Of a stretch of 33,279 bases of DNA, positions 1-9,478 are shown piece by piece. Where the stretch lies: the NCBI GenBank assembly GCA_013416795.1, contig RQSC01001009.1, positions 4,500-37,778 on the forward strand. Reading direction: 5' to 3'. The number at the start of each line of letters is the position of its first letter. The stretch's first letter is position 1. Position numbers and translations under genes: made by a program. A model generated the notes under the pieces. The model was not told the origin of the DNA and made no database searches. It saw only the letters and a list, made by a program, of their open reading frames with translations. This DNA comes from Prasinococcaceae sp. CCMP 1430 (lineage: Eukaryota; Plantae; Prasinodermophyta).

Positions 1-87
1 GGCGGGGGTCGCCGGCACTCGCTGTTCGGGGCGCACGGGGCGGCGGCTGCCACGGGGCGGTGCGTGCGCGCCCCGCGCCGGACTCCG

Positions 88-1646
88 ATGGCGTCCGCGG
101 GGTGCCTGTGCTGCTGTGCGGCGGGATGCTGCGCGCGTGGGGTGTGCGCGGGATGCGCGCAGGTGGCGGTCGTCGGCGTGCGCACGCGTGGATGCTGGAC
201 GCGCGTCGCCCACGCCCTGCTCTTCGCGGTGGCTGTGGTCCTCGAGTGGGTCTTCCGGTGCGCCGCGCGCCCCAGCCGCGTCCTCGCCGCGGGCCTAGAG
301 GTGTCTGTGCAACCGCGAGAGCGTCGAACGCTCCCACCTGCCCATCGAATACGCACTCGGCTGACCCGGCCGCGAGCGCCCACGCACCCACGACGCACAT
401 CTCACAGGGACTATGCCTACGGCGCGACGCAGCACCTGTCCGCGCTGACGGACCAGTGCCTGCTGGGAGATCAGGCATGCGTCGGCACGGAGGCGATGCT
501 GCGCATCTCCCTTGGCGCCTTCGTCGTGTTCGGCATCCTCGCGCTGCTAACGGCGCGGGTGCTCGACGCAGAGTCCCCGCGCGCGTTGATCCACCGCGGG
601 TGCTGGCACCTCAAGCTGCTGCTCATGTGCGGAGCCATGGCGGGCTTCCTGTTCGTGCCGGGCGACGGCGTGCGAAATGGCTACGGCTGGTTGGCGCGTG
701 TATGCTCCGGGCTATTCCTCTGCGCGCAAGTCGTCATCCTCCTCGACGCGGTGTACAGATGGAACCAGTGGTGGGTGGATGAGTTTGACAGGTGGAAGTG
801 GGCCTTGGTCACTTCGTCGCTGGTCCTGTTCGGCTGCGGCATAGCGCTGACGGCCGTGAGCTACGTCTACTACGTGCCGAACAGTAGGTGCTCCACCAAT
901 CTCGCTGTTGTCACGGTGTCCCTCGTGCTTAGCCTTGTCCTGACTTTGATCTCGGTCGCTTTCGAGAATAACAGCGCAGGGCTGCTGACATCGGCGGCCT
1001 TCTTCGCGTATACCATGTTCTTGGTGTGGAGTGCGCTGGGCTCTCAGCCCCCCGAGGAGCCCTGCAACACACTCGGCTTGGAGGCCGGTTCCACGTGGGT
1101 CCAAATTATCTCATTCGCGCTGGTGTTCGCGTCCCTGGTCGTGAACGCCTTCAGCAGCACGGGGTCGAGCGATGCGTTCGCCGTCGCAAAAGTCGACGCC
1201 GCCGTCGAAAAGCTAGGCGCGGAAGACACCAAAAGCAGGGAAGCGAGTCTGTACGGCGAAGACAACAAGCGGCCGCTATGGAAGTATTGCTACTCGCACG
1301 TGCTCATCGCGCTCGCAGTGGCGTACAGCGCCATGTTGCTGACGGGCTGGGAGCTCAGCGACACCGACGGCGACACCCAAGAGTTGCTCGACACAGGCTG
1401 GGCACCTTTCTGGATCAAGGTGAGCGGAGCTAGGACTCGAGCGTGTGTTGGTGTGCTGCTGTGCTCGGCGAAAGAGCGCGCGCGCGTTCCATCCATCTCC
1501 CTTTTCTCGCGCAGGTGCGCGAGCGCTGCTGACGGAGCGGACCGATGCGCGCGCTTCAGGTTGCCACAGCCTGGGTCGGGCTAGCGCTTTACGGGTGGAC
1601 TCTGGTCGCCCCAGCTCTCTTCCCTTCCAGAGACTTTGGGCCGTGA
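88..1646 (+). CDS. Serine incorporator (Serinc/TDE/TMS1) multi-pass membrane protein; exons 88-257, 408-1419, 1560-1646
   Basis: Cys-rich N-terminus (MASAGCLCCCAAGCC). Family motifs PRALIHRGCWHLK, FLCAQVVILLD, GLLTSAAFFAYTMFLVWSAL, YSAMLLTGW. The spliced C-terminus WIK|VATAWVGLALYGWTLVAPALFPSRDF matches the Serinc WVK..W....Y.WTLVAP...RDF ending. Introns 258-407 and 1420-1559 are GT..CTGAC..CAG and keep the frame. Confidence 0.93.
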
Positions 1647-1785
1647 GTGGCATCGCATGCACGGCGAGTGGGTCCTCGTTCGCCGCGCATTGCATCCCTG
1701 TGGATCTTTTCTAACCGTGTACTATTATTATTCTCCCTCGCGCGACGGTGCGCAAGGCGCACCGCCAATGAGGGCGCGCACGAAG

Positions 1786-4368
1786 CTACTGCAACTTTTG
1801 CGTCGTAGTGAGGCGCGTTTTGCTCCTGTTCAGCATGGAGTTGCTCTTGCTCAGCTTCCTGCGTGCTCGGGGAGGAGACTGCGGCACTGCTCCTTGCACG
1901 CGCGTGATCTCCTCCAGCTCGTCCAGCGTCTCGCTCTTGTGGCCCATGCAACACAGCCAACCCATGCGGCTGAGCACTGCCCGAGAGCGTGCACGCATCT
2001 GCTTGCGGCTGAGTATCTTGAAGAGCCTGCTGCTGCCATGCTCCATGGCCAGCCGCAGGCGCCGCACCTCGTCGTCGTCCGTGCGCACGTCCTCGAAGTC
2101 GATGCGCGTTGTCTCCTCCTCCGTGATGATGGGGAAAACGAAGAGGTTCACGTGCAGCGTGCCGCACGACGCCTCCCCCCTGCGGCAGTGCCGAATCGGG
2201 AACTCGGTGTGGCGGTACATGCCGTGGCCGCGTAGGTCAGTGAGATCAATTTGCACCGACCCAAGGCTGTCGTCTGCGCCCAAGGCGTCCAAGTCAAACA
2301 GCTGGGAGCGCGGGGCGCAGCAGGCGCGCGCGTGTCGAGTCGGCCGCGCGTGAGCGACGCGTCAGGCACCGGACAGGCACACATGGCGCGCGTGCGCGTC
2401 GCAACGCGCTGTGCCTCCGAGCGCGCCCGCACATCGAAGCTCAGCTTGCTGTGGCCGACGTCCAAGATGTTGAGAGGAATCAAGAACTGCTCGTTCCACA
2501 CCGGGTTGCGTGTTGAGTAGATGGTCTTGCTGCGAAGCGTCTCCTTCCCGATTGAGATGATGCAGTAGGGATCCGAGAAGCCCTGAGGGCGCGGGTGCGG
2601 CGAACGTGCGCGTGTCGAGTCGGGCGCGCGTGGACGACGCGTCAGCAATCGGGCAGGCAGACACGGCGCATGCGCGCGTCCTCAAGCGCAGCGCATTCAA
2701 GCGCGCCCGCACACTGTAGTCACCGATAATGACGCCTTCGGCCCTCTCGAGCTCAACGAGCATCACCATGGGGTCCTCGAGTGGGTTGAACTCGCGCAGG
2801 CGCTGCAGCGCCGTCATTGATGCGCCCGAGAGCATGACTTGATCGGGACTGAATGCCGGACCGGCGCTCGCATCCACAGCCCCGGCCGTCGCCCCGCCTC
2901 TCGTGCGCTCGGCGACAACAGTGGGACTTCCTATTGTCGCCGCCGGCCCGGCCGCTGCAGCCACGCTCTTCGTCCCTCCATTGCCCATCCCGGGGCCTTT
3001 CGCCTCCGCGGTCCCACTGATAGCATCCGCCTCGGCCTTCCGCGCCCGAGCGATCACCTCCTCGCTAGCGGGCTCGTCGAGCTCATGCGCGAGGTGCCCC
3101 CTGCAGAGGTGCTCGCTGGGATAGAAGGCCATCTCCACGCGCGCGTTGAAGTCCTCGCCCGCCAGCCACAAGGTGTGCGTGAGCAACCAGCCAATTGACT
3201 CCAGCGGCGCGGTCAGCTGCGTGTACACCAGCCGCGCGCCGTGATGGCGCGCGGCCACACTCCCGTCGGCACTCTGCATCCCCTTGGCGGCGTGCGGGAT
3301 CACCACGCGAAGAGTGACGGTACGCTGCCACTCGTGCTGCACCACCAGCGTGTTGGAGGCGCGCACACCGGGCTTGTCGAAGTTCGCGTGGCCGCTCTTG
3401 TCGACGCCGACCTCGTCGGTGGCGCAGACGCGGTCGCTGTGCTCGTCCAGGAGCACCTCCACCTCGATGCTTTCGTTCGCGAGCCCCTCGGGCAGGCCGC
3501 GGAGCTCGCGGACCTTGACGTATAGAATGCCGCGGACTTTGGTGGAGTCTGCTTTGGTGCGCATGACGTCGATGTGCAGCGCCTTGGGCGCGAGCATGAG
3601 GTTGCACAACGCGCGATTGATGCCCCTCTCGATGACGGGCATGACGCCCAAATGGCTTGCGAGGCTGCTGCCGATGAGCTCCAGGTTGAGGTCGAGCTGC
3701 GGCGCGCGTAGCATGGAGATCTCGAGCGCCTCGAACAGCGGAAACCGACCAGTCAGGGGGCCGAAGGTCACCCTGAACGGTGCGCGCAAGGTCACCCTAT
3801 CCAGGCGGACGGGGACCGTCGTCAGGCGCCCCTTGAAGAACTGCACGCCTATGCGTGCCACCAGCTGGCTGGGCCATACGAGATCAATGTCAAGCATCGC
3901 CGCGTTCTCGACGTCCGAGCCCTTGATGGCCGCTAGCGTTGGTGCCCTTTCGCCGAGGTCGATCTCGTTGAAGACGATGTCGGTGATGCCTGCCTTTCCG
4001 GACACGATGCGGCGCAGCTGTGCCTCAACGCCCGTGCGCAGGATGCGGCAGATGGCGTCGTTCAGGTGTGGCCACAGCTGCTGCAAGATCGCGTTGAGCC
4101 AAACGGAGCGCCCGGCGTCGGGCGTGGTCATCCACATGGGCAGATTGCCGAGGATCTCCTTCAGGTCGTCCACCTTGAGCTGGGTGATCTGGTGCGCGCG
4201 TGCTCGTCGGCCTTCGAGCTTCTTCAGGCGGCGCAGCACCGCGAAGCCGCCAACGTGGGCGCCAATGACGCCCGTGATTGCCAGCCCGCTGCCGCGCAGA
4301 AAGAGGCGCGCCACCCTGCCCACGGCGCGACTGGCTACGCCTGCAGCTGGGAGCACAGCGCGAACCAT
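1786..4368 (-). CDS. Synaptotagmin/extended-synaptotagmin-like protein (N-terminal hydrophobic anchor, SMP domain, C2 domains); exons 4368-2713, 2582-2433, 2301-1786; ~773 aa
   Basis: SMP signature LPMWM..PD..RSVWLNAILQQLWPHL and FNEIDLGERAP. Removing two phase-0 introns gives the C2 motif IIGDYS|GFSDPYC...RSKTIYSTRNPVWNEQF...SFD|LFDLDALGADDSLG. Confidence 0.9.
2302..2432 (-). mobile_element. Spliceosomal intron (131 nt), copy B of a repeated, introner-like intron pair
   Basis: GTGCGG...CCTGAC...CCCAG. Collinear with intron 2583-2712, about 101/131 identical by hand alignment. The repeat is seen directly; mobility is inferred. Confidence 0.6.
2583..2712 (-). mobile_element. Spliceosomal intron (130 nt), copy A of a repeated, introner-like intron pair
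   Basis: GTGCGG...GCTGAC...CTCAG. Shares blocks with intron 2302-2432, such as gtgcgggcgcgct, ctgacgcgtcg and ccgactcgacacgcgc. The flanking exon sequences are unrelated. Confidence 0.6.
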
Positions 4369-4970
4369 GGCGCTCGGCACGCGGGCGGTCGGCGGCGGCC
4401 GACCGCGTGCGACGCGCCGCAGCCGCGCGCTCTCCCGCGCGCGTCGGCCGCGCCGCACCCAACAACGGATCCAAAAGAGCGACGCGAACGCGCGCGCGCG
4501 CGGCGGCGCGTGCGCGCGCCGCTGGCTGCAGTCGAGTGTCTGGCGACGCCCGCCGTCAGTGGTCACCCACCACGGCACCAACGAGAAACGCCCTTCAAAA
4601 GTGCACATGCAACGCGCCGGCCAGCCGGCCAAAAAAAAAAAAAGAGGTGCCCCAAACGAGGTGTTTGTTGGTCGAAATCGATACAAAATCACAAAAATAA
4701 TCAAAATCAAAATCCTCGCCTGTGTGCGCTCGATGCGGCCATGTCACCGAACTCAACTCCAGCTGGGCTCCCCCGACATTTGGGGGGTGAGGACCTGTGT
4801 AGGGTCTATGACATGAAGCGACTTTAGTGCTAATTGATGTATATCAGCGGCGTGGGAACGGTTGGGGTTCGCGCGCCGGGCCGCGCGAGAATATCGCCGA
4901 TGGGTCCCGCTCGCCTCGGTCGGTATTAAGGTTTATACAAAAAGGGTTTATTGTGCCAAAAACGGATGTC

Positions 4971-5116
4971 ATGTGATGGCGGTGGGCGCCGGGCGCTCGT
5001 CGAAGGGTTTGGGTTGGCCGCGCCCCGGGCGCGAAGGCGGAGGGCAATCCGGCGCGAGGGATCGCGCCCGGCGCGCCCAACCCAAACCCTTCGACCGGCG
5101 CCCAGCGCCATCACAT
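4971..5116. repeat. Imperfect inverted repeat / long hairpin (arms 4971-5034 and 5062-5116)
   Basis: Left arm atgtgatggcggtgggcgccgg..tcgaagggtttgggttggccgcgccccgggcgcga. Reverse complement of the right arm atgtgatggcgctgggcgccggtcgaagggtttgggttgggcgcgccgggcgcga. Confidence 0.9.
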
Positions 5117-5418
5117 TCCATTCCATTCGCTCATTTATCAGACCCTTTGATCGCATGAACCCCAACGTTGATCTTATCCACGCGCGCGCGCCCGGATTTT
5201 TCCTCCGCGCGGCGGTCGGGGCCGTTTCGAGTGCGTTTTGATGTGGATTTCCCCGCGCGCACCCCGTTGGCCTCAAATGCGCGGGCGGGAGGGGGGGTGC
5301 GCCGTCGGGCTCGGCGCCATGCGGGCAGGACGGGGACCGAGGCCAAGATGGCCGTGGCGATCTCGAATGCCAAGCGCGGCCGCGGGGAGCGGCCGCGCGC
5401 GGCGCCGCCGCCGGCGCT

Positions 5419-5832
5419 TTACCAGTAGCCCTGCTTCTTGCCCTGCACGCCAATCACGCCGAGGGTGATGGTGAGGAACAGGCCGAGGTGCCACGCGATG
5501 GTGGGCAGCCACTGTGGGAGGTGGGGGAGAGGGGGGAAAGAGGGCGAGGCGGGCGGACCGCGCGCAGCGGAGGCACGGGCAGGCGCCGAGCGGGTAGCGC
5601 GGCGGTCAGCGCCAGTAGCATACCCTAGTGGCACCCGCGGGCACGTCCACGGCGGCGCACTCCGCGGCCGCCATCACACGTGGCACGTGCACGGCAGGGC
5701 GCGAGCGGGCCAGATCCGCGCGCGCGCGCGCGACACTCGCCCGGCCTCGCGCCGCGCCCGCGAGCGCGCGGCGCGCGCGCGGCGCGCCGGGGCCAGGCTC
5801 GGGCGCGCGGTGGACATCATCACGGCGGACAT
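5419..5832 (-). CDS. psaO: Photosystem I subunit O (PsaO), incomplete as assembled: transit-peptide exon from ATG 5832 and last exon 5511-5419; the middle of the mature protein is absent
   Basis: The last exon WLPTIAWHLGLFLTITLGVIGVQGKKQGYW* closely matches the green-algal PsaO C-terminal helix (WL...HLGLFLTITLGQIGVQGRKQGYW, from recall). It is preceded by a branch point, pyrimidine tract and CAG acceptor. MSAVMMSTARPSLAPARRA resembles a plastid transit peptide. Confidence 0.85.
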
Positions 5833-6402
5833 GGCTGCGGTGCGACGCGACGGGCGTTGCTTGTGGCGCGCGCACCCCCACACACACACACGCACCGGTC
5901 TCGCCCTTTCGGGCCCGCACCCCCCGGCGGTCGCCCGCGGCCACAAAAAAAAAGCACGCGCCTCGGAAACTTTCGGCCCGCTCCCGCCGAACCGCCCGGC
6001 CTGCCGCGATTCTCTCACCTCGGTCCGCATCCCGACCCCGCGCGGGAGCGCGGCCGTGCGCCGCCGAAAATGCTCCGTCCGTAAACCGCAAACGCAAGAA
6101 TTTGCCTATAAAAAAAAGGGCCCGCGAACCGCGCCAAATCTTTTTATTTCCGGCGTGTCGAACGAAAGCAGGCGGAGGCTGGCTGGCGGCACGAGCGCCG
6201 AGGACGAAGAATTGGTGGGGAAAGAAGTCCGGAAATGTGGGGAAGGCCGCAGCAGATTCTGTCGGACGCACTCACACAGTCGTCCCGCGCGACGTCTCTC
6301 CGCAGACTGATGATCGATGACAAGTCAATGAACGCCTCCGTCATCATGCAGAGGCAATGGTTTGGCGCTGTGTACAGTCCACAAGCGTGCATTACGAGGC
6401 CC

Positions 6403-8937
6403 TCACCCGAGCGCCGCGAGCTCCTGCGCGAGCAAGGGGGCTTGCAGGTGCTCGCAGTCGGCGACGTCGAAGGCGCGCAGCGCGCGGCCGTCGAACCCCA
6501 GGGCGAGCTCGGGGAGCGCGTCGGCGTCGCGCTGGTCCATCAGGCTGCTCTCGGCGGCGCTCTGCTTGAGCTCGTATCCGGAGGCGTCCAGGTCGAGCGA
6601 GGCGACCGATGGGTCGGCTCGCTCAAAAGCGTCCGCGTCGAACGCCTGCCCGGGCTCGGCAGAGCAGCTGAACGCGGCGATGGCGCGGGCGAGCCGCGCG
6701 AGGCGACGCATGCGCCTGCTAGCGAGCCGCAGCGCGGCAGGCTCGAGGAGGCCCGCCGAACCCACGCGATCGGCGGACGCGGCACACGCCGCCGGCGCGT
6801 GCAACGGGAATCCGAGCGACAGCGCGCAGGGCACCCACTCGCCGCTGGACGCATCCCTGTGCGCGGATATGGAGCCGGGCATCGCGTCGACCCCAATCGC
6901 ATTCGCCCACGCCGCCGCCGCGCCCGCGAGCTCGGTCGGGGGGTCGTCTGCCTCCTCGCCGCCATCGCCGCCTCTCCGCTCCCCCTCGGTCGCGAGAGGC
7001 AGCGCTATCTCCACGCTCCCCCCTTCTGCGACGTGCGCAAGCAGCGCGTGCTTGCAAACCTCGCCGTTGAGGGCGCTCAGGATGGCGGCTGCGTCACCAT
7101 GCACAGTGCTCTGTGACTGCGGCTTGCGCGCGCTGCCCCCCCCACCGCCGCCACCGCTCCCGCCACCACCGCCGCCGGACCCACCCCCGACGGAGCCGCT
7201 GTTGCCACCCTCGCTGGGCCACGGCACTATAGTCACGGAGCGAGCGCCCCGCAGCGCGCTCGGCAGGGAGGACAGCCGCGTGCCGCGCGGCAGCACGATA
7301 GAGCGTGGCCCGCGGCGTGATGCAACGAACAACGCGAGCTTCGCCCACGCGCTGGCGGCCACCGCCATTGGCGCCGCCAGCGCTGGCGGGGGTTTCACGC
7401 CGGCCACCGCGAGCAGCGGCACCGGGGCGCCGGTGGTGCACACGACTGCGTCGAAGCTGGCGAGCAGCCTCGCGGTGGCAGTAGCGCCCATCTGCGTCTG
7501 CAGCGCGTCCGAGCGGAACACCTCCACCACGCCCGCTCGCAGCAATGCGGAGAGCGTCACGCGCAGCGCCTCCGCCATCTCCACGCTCTCGCGCACGCCC
7601 CGCTCGAAGGAGCTGGGCGGCGGGAGCGCCTCGAGCTCTGACAGCAGGTTGCGAGAGGCGTCCGCCTGCAGCCGGCCAGCCTCGAGGAGAGTGACCGCAT
7701 GCATCATGAGCCCCGGCGAGAGATTCATCATGAGCAATCCCACCGCCTCGTTGTCTAGGACGAAGGCGAAGCATCGCCCACCATTAAGAGCGAGCGTGGG
7801 CGTGGCAAGCAAGGAATCGGTGCTCGTCGCTTCGTCATCGAGACCGGCCATGGCACCGTCACCCATGCTGCCGGAGACACAGTCCGCGCCACTGACGCTG
7901 CCGCTGATGCTCTGCCTGGCGCTGATCGCCTCCGACGCAGGAACGGCGAAGCCCAGCCTGCACGCCAACGAGAGCGCCCGCTGCATCATTCGCACGGGCG
8001 CATCCAGCAAGTCGGCGAGCTCCACCACCGCCACACGCTCGCTGGCCGCGAGCAGCACTGCATACACGAGCTGCTCGATGCTCAGCCTGTCGTCACCGGC
8101 GGCCGTGTTCTTGTTGGACACGAACCCTTCGAGCGGCGGCACCACGAAAGCATCCTCTGGCGCGACCGGCACGATGACGTAGGCGGCGCCGCGCCTGAGC
8201 AGCCTGCGCGCCGAGAGGAGCGCACCGCTGTGCAGGTCGCCGACGAGCACCCCTTCGCCGTCGTGGTCGCTCGCCGATGCACTGAGCAGCTGGAGCAGGT
8301 CGTGGTCGCGCGTGAGCGCCGCTGCTGCTGCGTTGTCGAGGGCGTCGGTCGCGCCCGCGATCATGTCGGCGGTCCTCGTCATCGCCGCAGACGCTGCGGG
8401 CCCCGTCGAACACACCCTCCACCATGGTTTCAGCGGCGGATCCTTCGGCTGGGCCGGCAGCTGCTTCGCCACGGCCTGGCGCCTATTAAGGCGCCACTGC
8501 ATCTTGAGCGCCTTCGCAGCATTCATCGCCGCGATGTATTCGTTTCGCCCGACGCCGAGGACGCGCACGACGTCGGCGGAGAGGATGTTGGGCAGCTGGT
8601 CGTACGAGCCCTCCTCGTACATGTAGCTCTGCAACATGTTCGTGTAGTACGAGAACGGCGTCACGCCGCGCGAGAGGAGTGGCCCTGCGAGATGGTAGGG
8701 GAAGAGCGAACGCATCGACACGTTCGTCTTAATCAGGCTCGCGTAGTACTCCCCTTCATCGATCGCGGCGCGTAGCTCTGGCGCATCTTCAAAGGCATCC
8801 GCGCGCCGCGCATGAAATGCCAGCGATCGACGCAGCCAGTCGTCCACAGGCACGCGCTCCTTCACCCTCGGAGGCAGCTCTGCGTATGGTCTGCAAGCCT
8901 CGATGTGCGCCACGAGCACCGACTCGGTCGTCGTCAT
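6403..8937 (-). CDS. FAM91A1: FAM91A1 homolog (endosome-to-Golgi tethering complex subunit), ~844 aa, no intron required
   Basis: Hallmark motifs LFPYHL, TPFSYY, SYDQLPN..ADVVRVLGVGRNEYI, VPPLEGFV.N, LMMNLSPGL..HAVTLLEAGRL and WVP..LSLGFPL. Confidence 0.9.
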   Translation of the reverse strand: MTTTESVLVAHIEACRPYAELPPRVKERVPVDDWLRRSLAFHARRADAFEDAPELRAAIDEGEYYASLIKTNVSMRSLFPYHLAGPLLSRGVTPFSYYTNMLQSYMYEEGSYDQLPNILSADVVRVLGVGRNEYIAAMNAAKALKMQWRLNRRQAVAKQLPAQPKDPPLKPWWRVCSTGPAASAAMTRTADMIAGATDALDNAAAAALTRDHDLLQLLSASASDHDGEGVLVGDLHSGALLSARRLLRRGAAYVIVPVAPEDAFVVPPLEGFVSNKNTAAGDDRLSIEQLVYAVLLAASERVAVVELADLLDAPVRMMQRALSLACRLGFAVPASEAISARQSISGSVSGADCVSGSMGDGAMAGLDDEATSTDSLLATPTLALNGGRCFAFVLDNEAVGLLMMNLSPGLMMHAVTLLEAGRLQADASRNLLSELEALPPPSSFERGVRESVEMAEALRVTLSALLRAGVVEVFRSDALQTQMGATATARLLASFDAVVCTTGAPVPLLAVAGVKPPPALAAPMAVAASAWAKLALFVASRRGPRSIVLPRGTRLSSLPSALRGARSVTIVPWPSEGGNSGSVGGGSGGGGGGSGGGGGGGSARKPQSQSTVHGDAAAILSALNGEVCKHALLAHVAEGGSVEIALPLATEGERRGGDGGEEADDPPTELAGAAAAWANAIGVDAMPGSISAHRDASSGEWVPCALSLGFPLHAPAACAASADRVGSAGLLEPAALRLASRRMRRLARLARAIAAFSCSAEPGQAFDADAFERADPSVASLDLDASGYELKQSAAESSLMDQRDADALPELALGFDGRALRAFDVADCEHLQAPLLAQELAALG

Positions 8938-9272
8938 CGCCGAGCGCGCAGGCGCGCGGCGCCGAGCTCTTGCTCTCTCCCTCACTCTGTCCTAACAGCA
9001 GCCCGCTGCTGGAGCGCCGAGCGGCGCCCGCGGCGCCCGCCGCCGCCGGCCGCAGGTAGTGGGCCCCGACTACTCGGACCTGCCGCACAAGCGCGCGAGG
9101 AGCGAAGGCACAAAAAGTTCTCGCGCAGTGAAAGCGCGTTCGGGTTTCGATGACATGTGCGGACGGGTGGGTGACCGCAGAATTTTCTTTAATTTTGATA
9201 CAGAGAAGCAGCTACTGTATGTGGGGTTTGAGGTACACCAATGATTCATATGGTAATATATGTACAATGATC

Positions 9273-9283
9273 TTTAGGGTTTA
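9273..9283. promoter_or_regulatory. Telo-box-like interstitial telomere motif TTTAGGGTTTA upstream of FAM91A1
   Basis: Perfect 11-nt TTTAGGG-register match in an AT-rich intergenic patch. Confidence 0.55.
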
Positions 9284-9478
9284 CAATGAGTACACAGTGC
9301 GCGGTGCGTCCAGGCCAGAGGCGGTGCGCGCCCACGACGTCGCCTCATCGCCACCGCGGCACGAGCACCGGGGGGCGCGGTACACGACCAAGAGGTGTCG
9401 AGGCATGTGCTGGGAGCGCAGGTGCCACGGGTGCGCCTGGTGCGCGCGCGCGAGCCTCGCGCGGGGAGGCCGCCCGCG

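Noticed and set aside
3284-4816. Long + strand ORF (510 aa) antisense to the synaptotagmin-like gene; likewise 6362-8182, 17255-18727, 22849-24513 and 31794-32867
   Set aside because: Shadow ORFs caused by high GC and codon bias. They are Ser/Arg/Ala-rich, lack motifs and lie opposite well-supported genes.
4930-5095. Telomerase RNA candidate (TAAACCCT on minus, CAAACCCT on plus, inside a structured region)
   Set aside because: The template-like stretches are short. One is buried in the stem and the other abuts a T5 run, and no properly spaced USE/TATA promoter was recognised.
5135-5170. TPP riboswitch, RNase P/MRP or C/D snoRNA-like fragments (gaccctttga, tcagac, ctga)
   Set aside because: The partner motifs (UGAGA, P4 pairing, box C) are missing.
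5131-5373. 80-aa minus ORF with a hydrophobic start
   Set aside because: Non-ATG start, lies in the psaO 3' region and shows no family features.
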